Part shown: positions 37,053 through 47,864 of the stretch, one piece after another
Layout: every line of letters begins with the position of its first letter
How positions within the stretch are numbered: position 1 is the stretch's first letter
Source: Candidatus Thorarchaeota archaeon
Lineage (GTDB): Archaea; Asgardarchaeota; Thorarchaeia; Thorarchaeales; Thorarchaeaceae
Assembly: GCA_048882485.1 (NCBI GenBank)
Contig: JBHLRP010000007.1
Span: 24,474-88,473 of the forward strand
Direction: 5' to 3'
DNA: 64,000 bases
Program-made: the position numbers and the translations under genes
Notes under the pieces: model-generated
Told to the model about the DNA's origin: nothing
What the model saw: the letters and a program-made list of their open reading frames with translations, nothing else
Database searches by the model: none

Positions 37053-38714
37053 CTACATCATGCCGGGCATTCCGCCCATGCCACCCATGCCGCCCATTCC
37101 GCCCGGTGGACCTTCGGCACCTGGCGGTGGACCTGCCTTGGCAGCAATCACATCGTCAATCCTTAGGATCATCTGTGCAGCTTCAGCAGCAGAACGGATA
37201 GCCTGACTCTTAACACGGGATGGCTCAATGACTCCAACCTTCATCATATCAGTGGACTTGCCCTTGAATACGTCAACGCCATGCCAGAGTCCAGTTTCCT
37301 TGGAGTGCGCCTTCTTCAGGTCGGCAATGATGTCAATTGGGTCATGTCCGCCATTCTCGGCAAGAGTCTTGGGTACGACTCGTAGCGCCTCGGCAAAGGC
37401 TTCAATGGCTAACTGTTCGCGGCCCTTGACTTTATCAGCATAGGTCTCTAGACGTTTGGATATCTCAGACTCTGTAGAACCGCCACCAGCGACGTAAGTG
37501 CCGTCTTCAACAACGTTTCTCACGACGCAAAGGGCATCATGTAGTGCTCTGTCTGCTTCATCCACAACGTGCTCTGTCCCGCCTCTAATGACAATTGATA
37601 CGGCCTTGGGATCTTTGCAGTTTCTGACATAGACAAGCTTGTCGTCAGCAATCCTTACTTCTTCAACAAGACCGGCTTGACCCAGGTTCTCAGACGATAG
37701 CTCATTCAAGTTGGAAGCAATCTGCCCGCCTGTGGCTTTTGCTAGCTTCTCCAGAGTGCTCTTCTTAGCTCTCCGGATTGACATCACACCTGCCTTGGCT
37801 AAGTAATGTTGAGCCACGTCGTCTATGCCCTTCTGACAGATGAGTACAGTTGCACCAGAGTCAATGACCTTATCAACCATGGTCTTCAGCATGCGCTCTT
37901 CCTCATCCAGGAATGCCTTAATCTGGTCTGGGTTGTCAATCTTGATCTCTGCATCAAACTCGGTCTTCTCAACCTCGATGGCTGCATTGACCAGAGCAAT
38001 CTTAGCGTTCTCGACCTTCTTGGGCATTGCGGCATGTACGACCTCCTTGTCAATCACCATGCCGTTTACGAGCTCTGTTTCTATGAGGCTTTTGCCCTGT
38101 TTCTTGATAATCTCAATCATGTCAACGTCAGCAGTGATTTTGCCATTGCTATCTTCAGTAATCTGCAGAACTGCGTCTACTGCAATCTTAGCGAAGTGAC
38201 CCTTGGAGCCAGAAATTGATTTGCTGTTCATCGAAGTTTCGGCGATTTCGGTAAGAACCTTCTTGTCCATTCCTATCATTGAAACTGAAATCTCTTTGAG
38301 AATTCTTGTCGCCTCTTCAGCAGCCTTCTGATAGCCGCTCACAAGAATGGTTGGATGGATCTTCTTCTCTAGAAGGTCCTCAGCTCTCTTGAGGAGCTCT
38401 CCAGCAATCACAACTGAGGTGGTTGTACCGTCACCGGTCTCTTGGTCTTGGCTCTTTGCAACCTCAACAAGCATCTTTGCGGCAGGATGTTGCACGTCAA
38501 TCTCCTTCAGGATTGATGCACCATCGTTGGTGATTGTTACATCGCCTAAAGAATCAACTAGCATCTTGTCCATGCCGCGAGGCCCAAGAGTGGACTTCAC
38601 AGCATCAGAGATGACAATGCCTGCCATGATGTTGTTGCCTTGTGCTGACTTTCCTCGGGTACGAGATGTACCTTCCTTGAGGATGAGCACTGGTGTTCCG
38701 GACATCTGTGCCAT
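37053..38714 (-). CDS. thsA: Thermosome (group II chaperonin) subunit
   Basis: TLGPRGMDKML, TITNDGA, GDGTTT, ILRIDD, C-terminal GGM repeats; alpha versus beta subunit not resolved. Confidence 0.96.
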   Translation of the reverse strand: MAQMSGTPVLILKEGTSRTRGKSAQGNNIMAGIVISDAVKSTLGPRGMDKMLVDSLGDVTITNDGASILKEIDVQHPAAKMLVEVAKSQDQETGDGTTTSVVIAGELLKRAEDLLEKKIHPTILVSGYQKAAEEATRILKEISVSMIGMDKKVLTEIAETSMNSKSISGSKGHFAKIAVDAVLQITEDSNGKITADVDMIEIIKKQGKSLIETELVNGMVIDKEVVHAAMPKKVENAKIALVNAAIEVEKTEFDAEIKIDNPDQIKAFLDEEERMLKTMVDKVIDSGATVLICQKGIDDVAQHYLAKAGVMSIRRAKKSTLEKLAKATGGQIASNLNELSSENLGQAGLVEEVRIADDKLVYVRNCKDPKAVSIVIRGGTEHVVDEADRALHDALCVVRNVVEDGTYVAGGGSTESEISKRLETYADKVKGREQLAIEAFAEALRVVPKTLAENGGHDPIDIIADLKKAHSKETGLWHGVDVFKGKSTDMMKVGVIEPSRVKSQAIRSAAEAAQMILRIDDVIAAKAGPPPGAEGPPGGMGGMGGMGGMPGMM

Positions 38715-38881
38715 TTTATTTTCCTCTAATGGTTGTTTAAATTATAAAAGTGTACATACACTTCGTATGCACTTCTGTTAAAACTGCCCATGGACTTCGT
38801 ATAAAAACTTTCCCAAATGTGAGTCTGATGAATGGAAAGACCCAATTGCCTTTTGTGTAATTTCGGCGTGAGGAAATCAAA

Positions 38882-39346
38882 ATGGTCATCACAGCACGGC
38901 GCGTCTTGGTTGTTCTAATCCTCCTTTCGTTGATTCTAGGTCTAGGCTTCGCAGTCTTGGACTATAACTATCTCGGCATCGGCCAAGCAGGCGACCAGGG
39001 ACTGTTCTACATCAGCGGAATACAAGACACGAATAATAATGAGTCGTATACTGTTGATTTCCGTGGTGTGAGCTTTACCTTCATGCACTATAACCTCCCA
39101 GTATTTTATGATGAAAACGGAACTGCGCATACAATAGTTGATGCTCCTAATACAGCCCACTTCATGATAACATATCCTGACGATGAAGTGGAATATCTCA
39201 AACTCAATGTGGGTGGATTTGTGGCAATTCGGCCGGGTTCTCCCTTGCGTCCGGTATTTGGAAATCATACTACTCCAAAGGCTGGAGTTGCTACGGCGTT
39301 CACAGCACAACTCCATTTCAAATGGGTCTATCTTGTTGCAGTCTGA
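38882..39346 (+). CDS. Hypothetical protein with N-terminal membrane anchor/signal
   Basis: RRVLVVLILLSLILGLGFAVL, then a beta-rich domain with N-x-S/T sequons. Confidence 0.65.
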   Translation: MVITARRVLVVLILLSLILGLGFAVLDYNYLGIGQAGDQGLFYISGIQDTNNNESYTVDFRGVSFTFMHYNLPVFYDENGTAHTIVDAPNTAHFMITYPDDEVEYLKLNVGGFVAIRPGSPLRPVFGNHTTPKAGVATAFTAQLHFKWVYLVAV

Positions 39347-39465
39347 ATCCTAGAAGCAATGGACCTACACATCCTGAGAATCTTTTCCTCTGAAGTAAAG
39401 ATGATAAGTGGGAGTCGATAGTCACAGCCAACTCAGATGTTTGTGAGATTTGAGGAGGCAAGTGA

Positions 39466-41184
39466 TTGGACATCACAATCAATATAGGCGGCGAAGCTGG
39501 TCAGGGAATAGATACGATCGGTGACCTGTTAACGCAGGTCTTCGTACAGTCCGGTTTCTACACCTTCACCATCAAGGACTTTGAGTCCAGAATTCGAGGA
39601 GGGTATAATTTTAGTCAGATCAGAGTTGCTGACTGGCCTATACATGCTCCGGTGGATAGCATAGATCTTATAGTTGCACTCTCTCGCGATGCTATTGTTG
39701 GGAAACGCAAGCAGCTTGTGGATGGAGGAGTCATTATATTCAATGACAGCATTGAGTACGATGAACTCGATGCGTGTCACTATCCAGCCCCATTGGAGAA
39801 GATCGCGAAAGAGATCGGTGGCAACATCAGGATGATGAACGCGGCTGCTCTGGGGGCAGTACTAGCAATCATCAAGTATCCATTCAAGCTAGCGGATGAA
39901 GCTCTTAGTGGCATATTTCTGAGAAAGGGTCGCAAGATCGTAGATGCAAATGTAGAGGTAGCTAAAGCACTTTACGACTTGACTATGGAGAAATGGACAG
40001 GATCATGTGCTCATGATTTGAGTGACGTCAAGACAGGGCCATCCAAGGATCGACTCATTCTCACGGGAAATCGTGCCATCGCACTAGGAGCTATGGCTGC
40101 AAATCTCAAATGGATTTCCTCTTATCCAATGAGCCCCTCAACAGCTTGCTTTCAAGATGTAGTTGGTAATGCCCAGCGCCTGAAGATTGGGACACTTCAG
40201 ACTGAGGATGAGATTGCTTCAATAACTATGGCGACAGGTGCTTCCTTTGCTGGAGCGCGTAGTATGATAACTACTTCGGGCGGTGGTTTCTCACTTATGG
40301 TTGAAGGCCTAGGCTTGGCTGCGATGACTGAAACACCTATTGTTATCTACAACGCCCAGCGTCCTGGCCCAAGTACGGGATTGCCAACACGAACTGAGCA
40401 GGGCGATTTATTATTCATGCTGACGGCCAGCCAGGGTGAATTTCCAAGAATAATGCTTGCGCCAAAGGATCCAATCGAAGGCTTTGAGGTGGCCACTAGG
40501 GCATTCAATCTCGCGGATAAGTTCCAAGTCCCTGTCATGATTCTAGGTGACCAATACTTCGCTGACTCTGTAATGAATGTGCCAAGAATTGACGCGACGA
40601 AAGTGGAGATTGACAGGGGAAAGAGAGCACCTGAGAAAATGTCGGAGCAGTATGAGCGATTCAAGCTGACAGGCGACGGGGTTTCCCCAATTGCATTTCC
40701 GGGGGACAAGGGCAAATTCGTTGTTGCTTCTGGCAATGTGCATCTCGAGAATGGCCATATTACAGAAGCCCCCGCTATGCGGAATTTGATGGTTGAGAAG
40801 TTCATGAAGAAGGTTCCTGGAATTCTGAAGTCCCTCAATCCTCCCATGATTTTTGGCGGTAGGGGGGCAGAGAATACTCTGTTGACTTGGGGGTCTACCT
40901 GGGGAGCTGCCTATGAGGCAGTGAAGGTGCTCTCCGACAAGGGAGTGTCGATGAATCAGCTGCATTTCTGTGATGTGTTTCCACTGAAGACTCATATCTT
41001 GACAGAGATCTTCAACGAGTCTAAAAAAGTAATAGCAGTTGAACAAAATGCGTCTTCTCAATTCGCTAAACTTGTACGAATGGAAACCGGGCTCACAGTG
41101 GACCAGCATGTCAACAAGTATGATGGGAGACCTATGACACCACGATTCATAATGGATCGGCTCAGGGAGGTTGGCATATCATGA
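39466..41184 (+). CDS. korA: 2-oxoacid:ferredoxin oxidoreductase alpha subunit (gamma-alpha fusion)
   Basis: GGEAGQG, ESRIRGG, YPMSP, EDEIA, TSGGGFSLM, QRPGPSTGLPT. Confidence 0.93.
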   Translation: MDITINIGGEAGQGIDTIGDLLTQVFVQSGFYTFTIKDFESRIRGGYNFSQIRVADWPIHAPVDSIDLIVALSRDAIVGKRKQLVDGGVIIFNDSIEYDELDACHYPAPLEKIAKEIGGNIRMMNAAALGAVLAIIKYPFKLADEALSGIFLRKGRKIVDANVEVAKALYDLTMEKWTGSCAHDLSDVKTGPSKDRLILTGNRAIALGAMAANLKWISSYPMSPSTACFQDVVGNAQRLKIGTLQTEDEIASITMATGASFAGARSMITTSGGGFSLMVEGLGLAAMTETPIVIYNAQRPGPSTGLPTRTEQGDLLFMLTASQGEFPRIMLAPKDPIEGFEVATRAFNLADKFQVPVMILGDQYFADSVMNVPRIDATKVEIDRGKRAPEKMSEQYERFKLTGDGVSPIAFPGDKGKFVVASGNVHLENGHITEAPAMRNLMVEKFMKKVPGILKSLNPPMIFGGRGAENTLLTWGSTWGAAYEAVKVLSDKGVSMNQLHFCDVFPLKTHILTEIFNESKKVIAVEQNASSQFAKLVRMETGLTVDQHVNKYDGRPMTPRFIMDRLREVGIS

Positions 41185-42047
41185 TAACAAATGATCAGCT
41201 GGAGGGTCCACAGAAAGTCACTTGGTGCAAGGGGTGTGGGAACTTTGGGATTCTAGCCGGTTTGAAGAAGGCAGTAGGTGAATTGGGAGTCCCTCAGAAT
41301 GAGTTTGTGATTGTTTCTGGAATTGGTTGTGGTAGTAAGATACCGCACTACATCAATCTGAATGCAATTCACACACTGCATGGCAGAGCGATGACTGTTG
41401 CACAAGGTGTGCATCTTGCGAATCTTGACCTGAAGGTTCTTGTCCATGTCGGAGATGGAGATACATTAGGAGAGGGATTAGGTCATCTCCTGCATGCAGC
41501 TAGACGAAATGTAGACATCTCGGTGTTTCTTCACAACAATGGGGTGATGGGACTCACGAAGGGTCAATTCTCACCTTCTGCACCAAGAGGATATGTGTCG
41601 AAAACCTCGCCACCTGAGGCCGGAGCACCTATGAATCCTGTAAACATAGTAGCTTACGCTCTGACCGCTGGTGCAACCTTTGTCGCCCGAGGCTTCTCGG
41701 GCGATCAGAAAGGTCTTGTCGCATTGATGAGAAAGGCGATCAAACACAAGGGATTTGCCCTCGTGGACATTTTGCAGCCGTGTCAGACTTGGAATCGAGT
41801 CTTGAACTGGAAATTCTATAATGAGCACACATACTCTCTCCAGGATAATGGGCATGATACCACCAACAAGATAGCAGCTCTCGAGAAGGCCTTTAGCAAT
41901 GGTGAGAAGATTCCTATCGGAGTGTTCTTTGAAGAGAATGCGCCCACACTAGCTGATAGTCTTGCACTTCCTGCAGATGGACGCCTCCGCGACCATAAGA
42001 CGGATATCAAAGAGGTTCAAGCTATCATTGATGAGCTAGTCCTGTAG
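41181..42047 (+). CDS. korB: 2-oxoacid:ferredoxin oxidoreductase beta subunit
   Basis: WCKGCG, SGIGC, LHGR, TPP motif GDGD...NN, LTKGQ, LQPC. Confidence 0.93.
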   Translation: MITNDQLEGPQKVTWCKGCGNFGILAGLKKAVGELGVPQNEFVIVSGIGCGSKIPHYINLNAIHTLHGRAMTVAQGVHLANLDLKVLVHVGDGDTLGEGLGHLLHAARRNVDISVFLHNNGVMGLTKGQFSPSAPRGYVSKTSPPEAGAPMNPVNIVAYALTAGATFVARGFSGDQKGLVALMRKAIKHKGFALVDILQPCQTWNRVLNWKFYNEHTYSLQDNGHDTTNKIAALEKAFSNGEKIPIGVFFEENAPTLADSLALPADGRLRDHKTDIKEVQAIIDELVL

Positions 42048-42074
42048 ATTGGGACTCCCAAGAAGTGGTTTCCA

Positions 42075-43463
42075 ATGACAAAGAATAGGATTGAGAAGGA
42101 TGTTCTTGGAGAACTGAAAGTTCCTGCTGAGGCATATTGGGGAATAAACACTCAACGTGCCCTCATGAACTTCAAAATCAGCGGTCGCAGGATGCCTGAA
42201 CAATTCATTCTCGCACTAGCCACAGTGAAGAAGGCATGCCTCCTGGCAAATATGGATCTTGGGACGATTTCACCAGAGATTGGAAAAGCGATTCAGCAGG
42301 CTGTCGATGAAATCCTCAAAGACGGAAAGATGCTTGACCAATTTCCAATTGATGTCTTTCAGACAGGTTCAGGAACTCAGTCTAATATGAATATGAATGA
42401 GGTTCTGGCCAACAGAGCCAACGAGATTTTGGGCAAGCCTCGAGGAAAGAAGAAACCTGTTCATCCAAACGATCATGTCAATTCCGGCCAATCCTCCAAT
42501 GATGTTATACCTACTGCGATGCACATAGCAGCACTTGAAGCATTGACGAATGAGTTAATGCCAGAACTTGAGAAGTTAATTCACGGTCTCGATGAGAAGG
42601 CGAAGGAATTCAGAGAGATTGTAAAGGTCGGTCGCACACATCTGCAAGATGCTGTTCCAATTCCTCTGTCTATGGAGTTTGATGTTTACAGAACCCAGAT
42701 GGTCAATAATATGGCCGACCTGCAGGCTGCACGTGACGAGCTTGTCGTGGTGCCTATTGGAGGCACAGCGCTGGGGACAGGTCTCAATGCTCCAGAAGGA
42801 TTCGCAGAGAAGGCTGCAAAGTATTTGGCGAAATTCGTCAGGCTTCCGATTCGCACAAGCGCTGTAAAGGCTGAAGGCATAGCTTCGCACCGCGCAATGG
42901 TGCGCTTGAGTTCAAGCCTGCGACTTCTTGCTCTCGCATGCATCAAGATGGCTAATGATATCCGCTGGATGGGCAGCGGACCACGTGCAGGGCTTGGCGA
43001 ACTAATCCTTCCTCAGAACGAGCCGGGCTCCTCAATCATGCCCGGGAAGATCAACCCAACCCAATCAGAGGCATTGATTCAGGTATGTGCACAGGTTATT
43101 GGTCATGATGCAGTGGTTTCATTTGCGGAGAGTCAAGGGAGCATTCTTGACTTGAACATTTCAAAGCCTGTCATTATTGTCAATACTCTAGATGCTATTG
43201 GTATCCTTTCAAATGGAATCAAATCTTTCAGGCTACATTGCTTGGCTGGTCTCAAAGCGAATAAAGACAGAATTGAGCAGCAACTTGAGAGGAGCCTGAT
43301 GATTGTAACAAGACTGTCGCCTGTCATCGGGTATGATAAGGCAGGCGAGGTCGCTAAAAGAGCGTATGAAACTGGAAAAAGTGTCCGAGAAACAGTTGAA
43401 GGGATGGGAATTGAGATAAAAGGTGACCTCGACGCTCTTCTTGATCCAAAGAAGATGGTATAA
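42075..43463 (+). CDS. fumC: Class II fumarate hydratase
   Basis: [41 protein letters not shown]. Confidence 0.93.
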   Translation: MTKNRIEKDVLGELKVPAEAYWGINTQRALMNFKISGRRMPEQFILALATVKKACLLANMDLGTISPEIGKAIQQAVDEILKDGKMLDQFPIDVFQTGSGTQSNMNMNEVLANRANEILGKPRGKKKPVHPNDHVNSGQSSNDVIPTAMHIAALEALTNELMPELEKLIHGLDEKAKEFREIVKVGRTHLQDAVPIPLSMEFDVYRTQMVNNMADLQAARDELVVVPIGGTALGTGLNAPEGFAEKAAKYLAKFVRLPIRTSAVKAEGIASHRAMVRLSSSLRLLALACIKMANDIRWMGSGPRAGLGELILPQNEPGSSIMPGKINPTQSEALIQVCAQVIGHDAVVSFAESQGSILDLNISKPVIIVNTLDAIGILSNGIKSFRLHCLAGLKANKDRIEQQLERSLMIVTRLSPVIGYDKAGEVAKRAYETGKSVRETVEGMGIEIKGDLDALLDPKKMV

Positions 43464-43480
43464 AAGAGGAGGTTGCGAAG

Positions 43481-45160
43481 ACGAATCATATTCATGATGT
43501 ATTGGTTATTGGAGCAGGTCTCTCAGGTCTGCGTGTCGCCATTGAGCTGACTGAGCAATATGACGTGGCTCTTCTGACCAAGGTGCATCCATTGAGGTCT
43601 CACTCTGTCGCCGCCCAAGGGGGCATCAATGCATCACTGAGCCCAGAGGACTCTTGGGAATCACACGCATTTGACACCGTGAAGGGCTCTGATTATCTGG
43701 CTGACCAAGATGTTGTTGAGGTGATGGCGAAAGAAGCTCCGCGAGCAGTAATTGAGAATGAGCAGTGGGGCACAGCCTTTTCCAGAACTGAGGACGGACG
43801 CATCGCGCAGCGACCCTTTGGCGGGGCTGCCTATCCGCGAACATGTTACGCCGCAGATAGGACCGGACACAATCTACTCCATACGACTTTCGAACAAGCG
43901 CTCAGACTAGGCGTCAAGTTCTACCACGAATGGTTCGTCACCTCCCTTGTCAAATCTGAAAAACGCGTCTGCGGTGTCACTGCTCTTGAGATAGCCACAG
44001 GTGAGATACATGGATTCACAGGCAAAGCTGTTGTTCTCGCGACAGGGGGTTTTGGGCGTGTCTACGGGCATTCCACCAATGCGCTCATCAACACAGGTGA
44101 TGGTGCTGCCATAGCTTTGCGGGCGGGTGTTCCGCTTAAGGATATGGAATTCGTTCAGTTTCATCCCACAACATTGGTGCCATCAAGCATTCTCATCACC
44201 GAGGGTGCTCGTGGCGAAGGAGGGTATCTCCTCAATAAGGAAGGTAAGAGGTTCATGGACAGGTATGCTCCAAAAGACATGGAGCTGGCACCAAGAGACA
44301 TTGTGGCTAGAGCTATTCAGACCGAGATTAACGAAGGCAGAGGATTTGATGATTACTATGTTCATCTTGATCTGAGGCATCTAGGCAAAGACAAGATCAT
44401 GGAGCGATTACCCGGCATCCGGGAAATATCAATGTACTTCGCTGGAGTTGATCCGATCGAAGAGCCAATTCCAGTTCGTCCTGGGCAGCACTACTCAATG
44501 GGTGGCATTCACTGCAACAAGGATGGTGAAACGCCTCTCAATGGCCTCTTCGCTGTGGGTGAAACAGCTTGCATGAGTGTTCATGGTGCGAACAGACTTG
44601 GAGGCAACTCGCTTCTGGAAACTCTTGTATTTGGCAGACTGGTCGGACAGAAGGTTGGGAAGCATATTTCCGATGCCAAAGAAGTCGATGAGTGCACAGT
44701 TGATGATGCTGCATTTGCAATGAGAGAGAAGATTCAGTCCATACTTCTGAGAGAATCGGGAGAGTCACATGCTGAGATCAAGGAAGAGATGGACAAAATC
44801 ATGGACAATGAGGTCGGGGTGTTTCGAGACCAAGAAATCCTGGAGTCCGCCCTGAAGGCGATTCGATTCTTGAAAGAACGCTATGAGAACATTGCACTCC
44901 CGAAGTGTGACACTAAATTCAACTACTCACTTGTAAGAGCACTAGAACTCGAGAACATGCTACAACTTGCTGAAGTCATAACAATGACTGCTCTGATGCG
45001 ACGGGAGAGCAGGGGCGCGCACTGGCGAATCGATTATGGAACCCGTGATGATGAGAACTTCCTGAAGCATTCTCTGGTGACAATGATTGAAGATTTCCTC
45101 AAGACTGAGTATATTGATGTCACACTTGGGATGTTTGAGGTGAAGGAGAGAAAGTACTGA
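43481..45160 (+). CDS. sdhA: Succinate dehydrogenase/fumarate reductase flavoprotein
   Basis: [12 protein letters not shown], covalent-FAD motif [41 protein letters not shown]. First canonical start is TTG 43502; the SD points to ACG 43481. Confidence 0.93.
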   Translation, partial: TNHIHDVLVIGAGLSGLRVAIELTEQYDVALLTKVHPLRSHSVAAQGGINASLSPEDSWESHAFDTVKGSDYLADQDVVEVMAKEAPRAVIENEQWGTAFSRTEDGRIAQRPFGGAAYPRTCYAADRTGHNLLHTTFEQALRLGVKFYHEWFVTSLVKSEKRVCGVTALEIATGEIHGFTGKAVVLATGGFGRVYGHSTNALINTGDGAAIALRAGVPLKDMEFVQFHPTTLVPSSILITEGARGEGGYLLNKEGKRFMDRYAPKDMELAPRDIVARAIQTEINEGRGFDDYYVHLDLRHLGKDKIMERLPGIREISMYFAGVDPIEEPIPVRPGQHYSMGGIHCNKDGETPLNGLFAVGETACMSVHGANRLGGNSLLETLVFGRLVGQKVGKHISDAKEVDECTVDDAAFAMREKIQSILLRESGESHAEIKEEMDKIMDNEVGVFRDQEILESALKAIRFLKERYENIALPKCDTKFNYSLVRALELENMLQLAEVITMTALMRRESRGAHWRIDYGTRDDENFLKHSLVTMIEDFLKTEYIDVTLGMFEVKERKY

Positions 45161-45891
45161 TGATGTTCAGAGTAGCACGAAGTCGCGAAGGAGAGAAGAT
45201 TGCCCACTATGACCTCTATAAGGTGGACCTTCGCAAAGGAATGACAGTGTTAGATGTCCTGTTTCAAATTCAGGACTTCATGGATGAGTCACTTGCTTTC
45301 AGATATTCATGTAGAGGTTCAGTATGCGGGAGCTGCGCAATGCTTGTGAACAAGATTCCTGTCCTTGCTTGCAGGACTCAGGTGAGTTCACTGAAGGACT
45401 CCTCCTTGAAACTCAAGTCTTTTGCGGCACTGACTGACTCTCCTCAGGGCTGGAATCCCGAAACCGAGGTACTTGTAGAGCCTTTGCCAAATCTGCCTAT
45501 TCTGAAGGACCTAGTTGTTGATATGACACAATTCTATGAAGCTTTGGAGTCCTTGAAACTCTGGGCAGAACCAGCAAAGGGGAGCGAACCACGGTCACAA
45601 AGCCCAGCAGAGCGGAAGAAGATTGAGCGCTATGTGAACTGCATCATGTGTGCACTTTGCTTTGGTTCCTGTCCTATCAATGCGGAGAAGGAAGAATATG
45701 TTGGGCCCGCGGCATTAGCGAAAGCTTGGCGCTTCTCCGAAGACTCTCGAACCGAGGAGTCAAAGAGATATCTTGAAGCTGCGAATGCACCTAAAGGATC
45801 ATCATTGTGCAATTTAATCTACAATTGCGTAAAGGTGTGTCCAAAAGGCGTTGCTCCGGGTGGGGCAATTAGAAAATTGAAAGAGTTGTGA
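45160..45891 (+). CDS. sdhB: Succinate dehydrogenase/fumarate reductase iron-sulfur subunit
   Basis: SCRGSVCGSC...LAC, CIMCALCFGSCP, CNLIYNCVKVCP. Confidence 0.93.
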   Translation: MMFRVARSREGEKIAHYDLYKVDLRKGMTVLDVLFQIQDFMDESLAFRYSCRGSVCGSCAMLVNKIPVLACRTQVSSLKDSSLKLKSFAALTDSPQGWNPETEVLVEPLPNLPILKDLVVDMTQFYEALESLKLWAEPAKGSEPRSQSPAERKKIERYVNCIMCALCFGSCPINAEKEEYVGPAALAKAWRFSEDSRTEESKRYLEAANAPKGSSLCNLIYNCVKVCPKGVAPGGAIRKLKEL

Positions 45892-45922
45892 AATCAGGCA
45901 ATAGTCTGTAAATCACCAGAAG

Positions 45923-46150
45923 TTAAGCTCCACCTAGCTGCTTCATTCGATTCAGGGCTTCAGCATAATCTTCAGCTGCGCCGTCAAAGAACGCCGCATC
46001 ATTTACTTTCGAATAGTAGATTTTCCCTGATCCTGTAGGCTTGATCTTCACAGTGTCATCTCTAATTGGATAGCGACCGAATATTCTCATAATGAGATAG
46101 AGTGGTCCCAGTGTGAGGATCATGAAGGCAACGATTTCTGGAATCAACAC
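45923..46150 (-). CDS. Small single-TM hypothetical protein
   Basis: 75 aa with a hydrophobic N-terminal helix; fills the intergenic gap. Confidence 0.55.
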   Translation of the reverse strand: MLIPEIVAFMILTLGPLYLIMRIFGRYPIRDDTVKIKPTGSGKIYYSKVNDAAFFDGAAEDYAEALNRMKQLGGA

Positions 46151-46222
46151 ACTTCCTTCTTGTATGTTATATGAAATGACTTGTTAAGATATATGCCTGA
46201 AAGCATATAGGCTCTTTGACCG

Positions 46223-46690
46223 CTAGGCATTTCTTGCCATCCTTAGGAGAATTGCAACTTGCCCCGCATGATGAGTCACATGGTAGCCAGCAATTATACG
46301 GAGAATTATCTCTAGAGATCCCTGCTTTAGGAGAGATGGAGGTGGTAGATTCATCTCCTCATCTAGATTCTCATCAGTTAGCTGCTCGCATAGCTCTTTG
46401 AAAGTCTGATACACCGCACGCACATGGACCTTCAGCCTACCCTCAATTGTATCCACATCCTTCTCTTCATGCTGTGTCAGGTTGATACCCAGGAGATTGG
46501 CTATCTCACTCATTACCAACATCAGGACAATGGTGGCATGATAAACTACTTCTGAAGCCGAAGGCCCACCTTCCTGTGAGGTCCATTCCATTTCTTCATC
46601 AGTGCCGCTGATCTGTGTTATGAGCCAGTTGCGAGCACCCAATCCCAACCTCAACAAGTCACCTTGTTTTCCAGATAGCTCTTTCGTCAT
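46223..46690 (-). CDS. DinB/YfiT-family protein
   Basis: SASEVVYH and HVTHHAGQV metal-binding His pattern. Confidence 0.85.
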   Translation of the reverse strand: MTKELSGKQGDLLRLGLGARNWLITQISGTDEEMEWTSQEGGPSASEVVYHATIVLMLVMSEIANLLGINLTQHEEKDVDTIEGRLKVHVRAVYQTFKELCEQLTDENLDEEMNLPPPSLLKQGSLEIILRIIAGYHVTHHAGQVAILLRMARNA

Positions 46691-46703
46691 CCTTCAGCCT
46701 CTG

Positions 46704-47792
46704 CTAGCTTTCCATTTCTTTCCAAAGAGTTCCATCCATAACCTTCAGCCTCTCTCGTGTGACATTCAAGGCTACATCAGAAATGTCGCTAACCATCCAG
46801 GTGCGGCCTAGATTCTGAGCAGCTACTGCTGTTGTTCCCGAGCCACAGAAGAAGTCTGCTACCATATCGCCCGGATCACTAGCGCATTCAATGATGCGCT
46901 CGAGGAGCGCTGTAGGCTTTTGAGTGATAAAGCCTGTATATTCTTTTGAAGCGCCTTGAATTGGATTGATATCAATCCATAGATCAGAAACCAAGATTCC
47001 GGGAACTTCCTCCAAGTATTGCTTCTTGGAGTATCTCTGATTCTTGCTAGTGTAAATGCGTCCTTCTTTCCACCATCTCTCAAGAGTTTCTTTCCTGTAG
47101 AGGTAAGGTGCGGTTCTGCCTCTCCATTCAAACTGCATGCGATTCTCGGTTCTTTGGATGCCCTGCGCTTCAATCTCAATAAGGCGGAACTTTCCTCGCT
47201 CATCCTTGTATCTATATGGCTTTAGGGACTTCTCATCATGCGTTCGGTAAACAGGTTTCGTTTCAAACTCCGTGATGTCTTTCGCATAGAGGAGGATATT
47301 GTCATGTTGACTTCCGAAGCCCTTGCTTTGTGACTTGGGGCTGTTGGTCCTTCGCCAAACGATGTCATTGAGGAAATTCGATTCTCCAAAGATGTTGTCA
47401 AGCATGGTCTTCAAGTAGTGTGACACATGTAGGTCGACATGAAGCCAGAGACTCCCATCTCTACGCAGGAGTGGTCTCATAGATTCGATTCTCTCCCGCA
47501 TGAACTGAAGATATTCCTGAAGACCCCCCTCCCATTTGTCAGTGTAAGTGGCCTCTTCCCTTAGGATTGGCGCGTGGCCTGGCGTACCCTTCCCCCTCTT
47601 TTTTAGAGAGTATTCTGTTCCAGAGAAATAGGGTGGATCTATATAGATGAGTCGAATTCTTTCAAGATACTTTCTTCCTTTTTCCTTCAGGAACTGCAAG
47701 CAATCACCTGAGTAGATGATATTGGCTGACTCATCCATAGACTGTGCAAGGTGTTTCTTCCTTAAGAGGCCTTTCAGTCCGGAGGAGTACAT
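46704..47792 (-). CDS. Site-specific DNA amino-methyltransferase (beta class, Mod-like), no adjacent endonuclease
   Basis: IYIDPPY precedes TQKP and DFFCGSGTT. Confidence 0.92.
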   Translation of the reverse strand: MYSSGLKGLLRKKHLAQSMDESANIIYSGDCLQFLKEKGRKYLERIRLIYIDPPYFSGTEYSLKKRGKGTPGHAPILREEATYTDKWEGGLQEYLQFMRERIESMRPLLRRDGSLWLHVDLHVSHYLKTMLDNIFGESNFLNDIVWRRTNSPKSQSKGFGSQHDNILLYAKDITEFETKPVYRTHDEKSLKPYRYKDERGKFRLIEIEAQGIQRTENRMQFEWRGRTAPYLYRKETLERWWKEGRIYTSKNQRYSKKQYLEEVPGILVSDLWIDINPIQGASKEYTGFITQKPTALLERIIECASDPGDMVADFFCGSGTTAVAAQNLGRTWMVSDISDVALNVTRERLKVMDGTLWKEMES

Positions 47793-47864
47793 ACACTATT
47801 CTCCGGCAATGATATATTATCGATTTCATTCCAAGCTCTAGCTACATGTGGAGGCCATTTTGAG

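Noticed and set aside
37053-37125. Short tandem repeats (GCCCATGCC-like)
   Set aside because: They encode the ordinary GGM tail of the chaperonin; not CRISPR
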